Positions 58,479 to 64,000 of a stretch of DNA of 64,000 nt are shown here, in pieces. The notes below the pieces were generated by a model. The model was not told where the DNA came from and made no database searches. It saw only the letters and a program-made list of their open reading frames with translations. The translations under genes were made by a program, and so were the position numbers. Position 1 is the first letter of the stretch. Each line of letters opens with the position of its first letter. This stretch comes from Candidatus Thorarchaeota archaeon (GTDB lineage Archaea > Asgardarchaeota > Thorarchaeia > Thorarchaeales > Thorarchaeaceae): NCBI GenBank assembly GCA_038893995.1, contig JAWAQK010000005.1, positions 5,947 through 69,946 on the forward strand. Reading direction: 5' to 3'.

Positions 58479-59744
58479 ATGGATCCCAGTGTCATGTTCA
58501 TCGTAGCCATAGCAATAGTGTATCTGTCCGTCTATCTGGTCGCGCGAAGAATAGGTATTGAGAGGCTACGCGAGCGCGGGCTGGAGCTGGGCACGCCCTT
58601 TTTCATCATGGTAAAGACCAGACGTCTGAACGAGTTCCTCAGCCGTTCTGGACGAAGGATCCCAAGAGTCTTCTTCAGTTTCGGAATAGTCATGGGTTTT
58701 CTTGGTATGATCCTGGGATTTTGGCTTCTTCTGAACAACATGCTGAGCTTCTTTATCGCGCCAGATATGGCTGGTCCAGTCGTACCGATAATACCTGGTG
58801 TGACTATCACGGGCCTCCCACTGCTGTATGTGCTCCTAGGACTTGCCATAGCACTGGTGACCCACGAGTTCGCCCATGGGCTGGCCGCAGGACGTGACAA
58901 CATCCCCATAAAGAGCTCGGGACTACTCTCCCTCGTTGTCCTCTTCGGGGCCTTCGTAGAACCCGATGAGTCAATCTTCCAGGATGTCCCTCCGCCCTGC
59001 CCTAAGTGTCCGGACAGCTCAGGTGATGCCCCCCAAGATGTTCCTTCACCAGGTTTGACAGATGACTTCCGAACGACCAAACAACGGCTGGTATCTCGTA
59101 TGCGTCTCCTGGCTGCGGGTTCATTCTCAAACATGATCTGGTCTGGCGTGATGTTTCTACTTCTGTTCAATCATGCCACACTGATGACGATCGCATTCAA
59201 TCCTCCAAGTGGAGCATTCATCTATCAGATAGAGGACGGCTCGCCAGCATCACAGGTACTCCAAGTTGGCGACGTTGTCATTGGTCTCAATGATACAGAG
59301 ATACGATACTGGTATGAGGTATCTCTCTTCATGGTCAATGCGACTGCAGGCTCACAGTTGACCATACATACTCTACGTGGAAACTTCTCTATCGTTTTGG
59401 CGCCCAGTAAATCGAATGCCACTAGGGGATACATTGGCATCTACGGTGCAGACTATTGGTCTCCCAAGTCTGGCTGGGAATGGATTCCTGGGGGTCCCAT
59501 GTTCGCATTCCATACACAACAAGCACTCTTCTGGAGCTACATGATCCTGCTCTCAATCGCGCTCTTCAACCTCCTTCCAGTTCCTCCACTTGACGGTGAC
59601 AGACTTCTCTCAAGCGGTCTCAATCTGCTCCTTCGTGATTCTGCACGTGTGAAGATCATAATGCAGTTTGTTCGTCTGTTGACTCTTACGGTCATTCTCA
59701 CTAACATTGGCTTTACACTCTATCTTCAAAAGGGACTCTTCTGA
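58479..59744 (+). CDS. site-2 protease family membrane zinc metalloprotease with PDZ domain
   Basis: HEFAHGLAA HExxH in TM helix, PDZ domain, LDGxR motif near C-terminus. Confidence 0.85.
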   Translation: MDPSVMFIVAIAIVYLSVYLVARRIGIERLRERGLELGTPFFIMVKTRRLNEFLSRSGRRIPRVFFSFGIVMGFLGMILGFWLLLNNMLSFFIAPDMAGPVVPIIPGVTITGLPLLYVLLGLAIALVTHEFAHGLAAGRDNIPIKSSGLLSLVVLFGAFVEPDESIFQDVPPPCPKCPDSSGDAPQDVPSPGLTDDFRTTKQRLVSRMRLLAAGSFSNMIWSGVMFLLLFNHATLMTIAFNPPSGAFIYQIEDGSPASQVLQVGDVVIGLNDTEIRYWYEVSLFMVNATAGSQLTIHTLRGNFSIVLAPSKSNATRGYIGIYGADYWSPKSGWEWIPGGPMFAFHTQQALFWSYMILLSIALFNLLPVPPLDGDRLLSSGLNLLLRDSARVKIIMQFVRLLTLTVILTNIGFTLYLQKGLF

Positions 59745-59826
59745 GGGGTGAACTAATGTCAAGTGAACTGATGCTGTAGGCCACAGCATGACTGAGCTAC
59801 GAGCTCAGTCCTAGCAGTCCCGTAGA

Positions 59827-60783
59827 ATGATGGTGGTTCTTACGATGAGTCGAGTCTGTTCTAGATGCCATCAGGACGCCGTCTACTTGAGGCGTACCAC
59901 CAGTGAGTCATTGTGCAAAGATTGTCTGATTCAGACTACAGAGGAACGTGTCAGACGTACCATCAACGCAGGCAAGATGCTTCACGAAGATGACCGCATC
60001 GTTGTCGCGATATCAGGTGGAAAGGATAGTGCAGTACTTCTTGATCTACTGAGTAGGATCGAGAAGAATCATCCTCGTGCAAAGTTGATTCCACTCTGCA
60101 TCGACGAAGGAATCGAAGGCTACCGAAGTAGATCGATAGCAGCAGCGCAGTCCGTTTCTGACAGGGTAGGTCTGGAACTGCACGTGGCAGAATTTGCGGA
60201 ACTCTTTGGGGTCACACTTGATGAGATCGTTCAGCTAAGGAAGGCGGGAGACGTTGGAGCATGCTCCTATTGCGGGGTACTGCGCAGGAGGGCGATCAAC
60301 CATATGGCCAGACGGTTAGATGCCACTGTTGTGGCCACTGGACACACGTTGGATGATGAGGCACAGACTGTCATAATGAATCTGATGCGTGGTGATGGTC
60401 GTAGAATCGCAACTCGAAGCCTCGAGAGAAGTCGATTGGACCCATCATTCGTACCGCGGGTGAAACCAATATCACGACTTACAGAGAGAGACGTCGTCGC
60501 ATATGCACATCATACGGGTCTTCCCTACCATAGCAGTCCATGTCCCTATGCAAGTGAGGCTTTTCGCAACGACGTCAGGTTGTTTCTGAATGCTATGGAG
60601 TACCGTCGGCCTGGCACACTCAGTGCAATAGTAAACTCCGCTCAGTACTTGAGCGAAGCGTTGCATGGTCTGTCCACTGACAGAGATCTGTCTAGATGTG
60701 TCCGTTGCGGAGAGGTCAGCCCAAACACTCTGTGCAAAGCATGTGAACTGCTAGATCGACTCAGGAGTGAACGAAGGCTGTGA
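59827..60783 (+). CDS. TtuA/NcsA-family tRNA 2-thiolation PP-loop ATPase
   Basis: N-terminal CxxC...CxxC, PP-loop SGGKDS, central CSYCG cluster ligands, C-terminal CVRCG...CKAC. Confidence 0.8.
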   Translation: MMVVLTMSRVCSRCHQDAVYLRRTTSESLCKDCLIQTTEERVRRTINAGKMLHEDDRIVVAISGGKDSAVLLDLLSRIEKNHPRAKLIPLCIDEGIEGYRSRSIAAAQSVSDRVGLELHVAEFAELFGVTLDEIVQLRKAGDVGACSYCGVLRRRAINHMARRLDATVVATGHTLDDEAQTVIMNLMRGDGRRIATRSLERSRLDPSFVPRVKPISRLTERDVVAYAHHTGLPYHSSPCPYASEAFRNDVRLFLNAMEYRRPGTLSAIVNSAQYLSEALHGLSTDRDLSRCVRCGEVSPNTLCKACELLDRLRSERRL

Positions 60784-61487
60784 CCAAGAAACCAGAGATC
60801 ACACATGAGCAGAGGATTGTGACGTACGATTCAAGTCACTGGGGCCTTCTTAGTCGGATGAGACAGGAATCTCTTGCGCTAGTCCGTCAGCTTGAGCGGG
60901 CCGGCATCAAGTGCTTCGTTCACGGTTCCGTCGCAAGGGGCGACGTGTGTCCATCGTCTGATATTGACGTGGTTATCCTGGAGCCTATTCCAAGCTACCG
61001 GATTGAACTTGCGGTCGGAAACTGGGTGAGGAGGGAAATAGTACAGGCCACACCATCGTCTGTGATCAAGGGCCACATCCATGTTGATCAGAACAAGGTC
61101 GTGTCCTTTCCCCTGGTCAGGGCAATGACAAGAGAGACAGAGTTCTACAGGTGGGGTGGTCTTGTGAACATTGAGCAGCTGCAACGAAATGAGAGGGCGC
61201 CCGGCGTGGACAAGCGTCTTCTGTTCATAGAGCCCACTGAGTCTGGTCACATCGAGAGTGGAGTCATAGGTTATGAGCATATTGTGGCCCGGAAGTTGGG
61301 GGTGAGCATTGGCATTGCGAACGAACGGGTGCGTGTCTTGCTTCGTCGCGATCAGATTGGACGCACAGGTGTCTACTTGAACCACGTACTCGCGGAAGAT
61401 GAGAACTTCGAGGCAGCGATTCGATATCTGGTGGATAGAGATCCAGCCATACGCCGCACGGTTGAACGAAGATCGAGGAGGTCGTGA
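60780..61487 (+). CDS. Pol-beta-superfamily nucleotidyltransferase with C-terminal extension
   Basis: GS...DIDV motif (HGSVARGDVCPSSDIDVVI); GTG start overlaps the upstream stop (GTGA). Confidence 0.65.
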   Translation: MTKKPEITHEQRIVTYDSSHWGLLSRMRQESLALVRQLERAGIKCFVHGSVARGDVCPSSDIDVVILEPIPSYRIELAVGNWVRREIVQATPSSVIKGHIHVDQNKVVSFPLVRAMTRETEFYRWGGLVNIEQLQRNERAPGVDKRLLFIEPTESGHIESGVIGYEHIVARKLGVSIGIANERVRVLLRRDQIGRTGVYLNHVLAEDENFEAAIRYLVDRDPAIRRTVERRSRRS

Positions 61488-61514
61488 CAGCTGAGAAGAA
61501 TTGAGAGTCTAGAG

Positions 61515-62600
61515 ATGAGTTCAGCGCTGGTCGGCCTCATGCCACGAGGCTGTAGCATCTGCAGAGAAGGCGCTAAGCTAGTACTGTTCGTCACCGGCGT
61601 CTGTGACAGCAGTTGTTTCTATTGTCCATTGTCCGCTGAAAGGGCCGGCCTTGATGTTGTATTTGCGGACGAAATGCCTGTTTTAGACGAATCCGACATA
61701 CTGATCGAGGCCCGCTCCATCGATGCAAAGGGCGCGGGTCTTAGTGGTGGTGACCCCTTGTGCAGACTGGATAGGACAGTTCGTTATATTCGCCTCTTGA
61801 AGGAAGACATGGGCAATGATTTTCATGTCCATCTCTATACGGCCAGGACTTACCTTGACAACAGCGATATTGATCGACTCGTAGGAGCCGGTCTCGATGA
61901 GATCCGATTTCATCCGCAGCGAGATGATTGGAGCGGCGTCAAGAGGGCGGTGGATGCCGGACTTGAGACCGGGCTAGAGGTTCCTGCCATCCCTGGTAGG
62001 CTCGATAATCTGAAGAGGGTTGCGGAGAAAGGAGAGAAGGTTGGCGTTTCGTTCCTGAACATCAATGAGCTCGAAGCGAGTGAGACAAACTTTGGAACTC
62101 TGCGCTCGATGGGCATGGTCCTTGCCTCGATGGATGGTGCGAGCATACGGGGAAGTATTGATGTGGCGCGGGAACTCATCCAATGGGCTGCTGCTGAACT
62201 TGGTCTATCTGTGCATTTCTGCTCCGCGAGTTTTAAGGACGGAGTTCAGATGAAACGGAGACTCCTGAGACGTCTGGAGAACACGATCAGGGAGTTTGAG
62301 ATCCAACAGGAGGACGAACCGATACTTGTCCTGGGTATCATTCGGGCACCTCACGGACGTCTGTTGAGCAATGAAGATCTCTCACGAATTCGAAACATCC
62401 TGACCACAAGATTTGAGGTCCCTGATGAACTAGTCTGTATAGACCTCCAACGAAACAGGATCGAAACCGCCGCATGGATACTTGAGGAGATTGCTCACGA
62501 CCTAAAGCGGGTCTTGGGTCATGAAGAGCAGGTCGAGATTGGTGTGGCACGTGAGTATCCGACATGGGACCGGCTGCAGGTTGAGTTCGAACCCCTCTAG
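61515..62600 (+). CDS. radical SAM protein
   Basis: CxxxCxxC (GVCDSSCFYCP) near N-terminus, ~360 aa with C-terminal extension. Confidence 0.7.
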   Translation: MSSALVGLMPRGCSICREGAKLVLFVTGVCDSSCFYCPLSAERAGLDVVFADEMPVLDESDILIEARSIDAKGAGLSGGDPLCRLDRTVRYIRLLKEDMGNDFHVHLYTARTYLDNSDIDRLVGAGLDEIRFHPQRDDWSGVKRAVDAGLETGLEVPAIPGRLDNLKRVAEKGEKVGVSFLNINELEASETNFGTLRSMGMVLASMDGASIRGSIDVARELIQWAAAELGLSVHFCSASFKDGVQMKRRLLRRLENTIREFEIQQEDEPILVLGIIRAPHGRLLSNEDLSRIRNILTTRFEVPDELVCIDLQRNRIETAAWILEEIAHDLKRVLGHEEQVEIGVAREYPTWDRLQVEFEPL

Positions 62601-63685
62601 CCCCTCTCGATACTGTATCTGGCTATCGCAGCAAGTCCTCCCAATCTCTGCAATTGGTCGCCAGCGGGATGATCCACAGATATGATTGTGACTTCCGCCC
62701 GCGTTTTCTCTGCTTCATGTATCATCTCTTCTAGTGCTCTCCTCTGTTCCTCGTCACTCTCTCGAAGAAGCTTGTCCGTGACAAGTAGGCTTCGGACCGC
62801 GCCAGCATGTATCGCCATCTCGACTTCCTCGGTACCGTACAGGCCAAGTCCGTCATCCTTTGCGATGTGCACGAGCAACTCGTCGACCAATTTGTTCTCC
62901 GTTTCGATCCTGAGTTGGCCGAGTGCACTAGATATCACTCCTCTGCCCAGGATCTCCTTCACTGCGGGCAGGCCGACAGTGCTTGTTCCCTCTGTGACAA
63001 TTCTTGGCAATTGAGGCAAGGTTGTTCTCAGATAGTCTGTGAAGTGGTTTCTCACAAAGCCTGGCCCTGCTATCACAATCAGTATAGGTGAATGTTGTTC
63101 AACCTGAGACCTGATCGCACCGGCTACCTCTTGAAAGAACTCCCTCATTGTGGAGTCGTATGTCTTCTGGTCGCCACGTTTTCGGGTGACATCTCCCCTC
63201 ATTGAAACAGCCTCCCGTATTCCAAAGTCGGCTACCAAGTGCAAATGCGCTTCGTCGTCATCAATGGTTACCAGAAGCGTGATGCCACTCGACCGAGCCC
63301 TCTCCGCCTCTTCTATCCTCTTCAGGATGTACTCGGGCCATCTAGTCTTCGTTATAGTGACCACTGTACCGAGTTCTACATTGAAAGTATGGTGTGTTCC
63401 AATACTGACGAGGTCCTCGGGGCCCTCGAGTATTCTGCCCTTCACCCTGACCCTGTTCGAGAACGAGTTGAATGAAATGTCCTCAACATCCAGGGCTAGC
63501 GTCATTGGTCGCCTGACGCTTTCCTGCTTTCTGCTGTCCTCATCTCCAACCCGGACCCTGCGTAGAGTCCGGGATACAATCTTGTCTCCCTTTTCAACAA
63601 TGTTATAGAAGTGCCACAGATCGTCGAGGGTTTCGATCTGGAGTGTAATCCTACCTTCCCTCAATGCACGGTCGAGGACTTTCAT
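62597..63685 (-). CDS. pelA: Pelota/Dom34 mRNA surveillance factor
   Basis: LDDLWHFYNIVEKGDKI N-domain signature and eRF1-like domains 2/3; ORF opens at 63748 but Met 63685 is the likely start. Confidence 0.85.
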   Translation of the reverse strand: MKVLDRALREGRITLQIETLDDLWHFYNIVEKGDKIVSRTLRRVRVGDEDSRKQESVRRPMTLALDVEDISFNSFSNRVRVKGRILEGPEDLVSIGTHHTFNVELGTVVTITKTRWPEYILKRIEEAERARSSGITLLVTIDDDEAHLHLVADFGIREAVSMRGDVTRKRGDQKTYDSTMREFFQEVAGAIRSQVEQHSPILIVIAGPGFVRNHFTDYLRTTLPQLPRIVTEGTSTVGLPAVKEILGRGVISSALGQLRIETENKLVDELLVHIAKDDGLGLYGTEEVEMAIHAGAVRSLLVTDKLLRESDEEQRRALEEMIHEAEKTRAEVTIISVDHPAGDQLQRLGGLAAIARYSIERG

Positions 63686-63707
63686 TGGATCTTGATGGAC
63701 GCACGCA

Positions 63708-63965
63708 TCACAAGAAATAGCTTCCGCAACCCTGCCAGTTGTCCACACTATGTGATCTATCCGTTCCGACCGTGCTCATCTCACATATCAGCTCTTTCGC
63801 CTGCTTCACATGAGACATGCCAACCACATCTGATCCATCCTGCGCCGCCAGGTCGCCCGATACACGGACATACCCTCCAAGCTCACGAAGTCGAAGAGTC
63901 AATGCATTACTCTGCCTGTCTAGTCGTAATGCAAGGTCCTCTGCGATTCTGATTATCTCCTCCAC
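63708..63965 (-). CDS. hypothetical protein near the window edge
   Basis: 85-aa ORF, no motif; may be spurious. Confidence 0.2.
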   Translation of the reverse strand: MEEIIRIAEDLALRLDRQSNALTLRLRELGGYVRVSGDLAAQDGSDVVGMSHVKQAKELICEMSTVGTDRSHSVDNWQGCGSYFL

Positions 63966-64000
63966 CGCCTCAACGCTGAAATGAGGTATTCTACCATCCT

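Noticed and set aside
1-64000. Looked for CRISPR arrays, integrases, transposases, toxin-antitoxin pairs and classic defence islands
   Set aside because: No direct-repeat/spacer periodicity, no integrase or transposase motifs and no HEPN/MNT or VapBC-type pairs were seen. The one PIN protein is the conserved Fcf1-like operon member.

Overview
Archaeal chromosomal segment, about 50% GC. It is densely packed with information-processing genes and carries four tRNAs, three of which have introns after position 37.

Conserved archaeal operons are present:
- aIF2gamma–PIN(Fcf1-like)–RpoE'–Spt4–S24e–S27ae.
- Gins51–PriS–PCNA plus TFS.
- Exosome Csl4–methylase–RpoL.
- RNase P protein subunits Pop5 and Rpp30 with L15e.
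- Gar1 and SRP19.
- Orc1/Cdc6 preceded by ORB-like repeats, a candidate replication origin.
- HerA–NurA.
- Other ribosomal proteins: S3Ae, L15e, S6e.

Metabolic genes include CTP synthase, PyrB, dCMP deaminase, UMP kinase, phosphohexomutase, a GH31 alpha-glucosidase, a 2-oxoacid:ferredoxin oxidoreductase beta/gamma pair with no alpha subunit, methenyl-H4MPT cyclohydrolase, a URO-D-family methyltransferase, an MvhD-like protein, and an acetate module (Acs, MFS transporter, and a CoA-transferase–GNAT fusion).

The most unusual elements:
- A Pat-like CoA-transferase–GNAT fusion next to Acs, with an HDAC-family deacetylase elsewhere in the window.
- A distributed ubiquitin-like/sulfur-carrier toolkit: a MoaD-like protein ending in GG, a JAMM protease, and a TtuA/NcsA-type tRNA thiolase. 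The thiolase is translationally coupled to a nucleotidyltransferase and followed by a radical-SAM enzyme.
- A 1088-aa TrmB-like regulator with an ~800-aa coiled-coil insertion.
- A 46-aa stand-alone TFIIS-type zinc ribbon.
- A tRNA 3'-half-like element with no recognisable 5' half.

No CRISPR array, integrase or transposase is visible. All calls are from reading the sequence and motifs by eye, with no database search.
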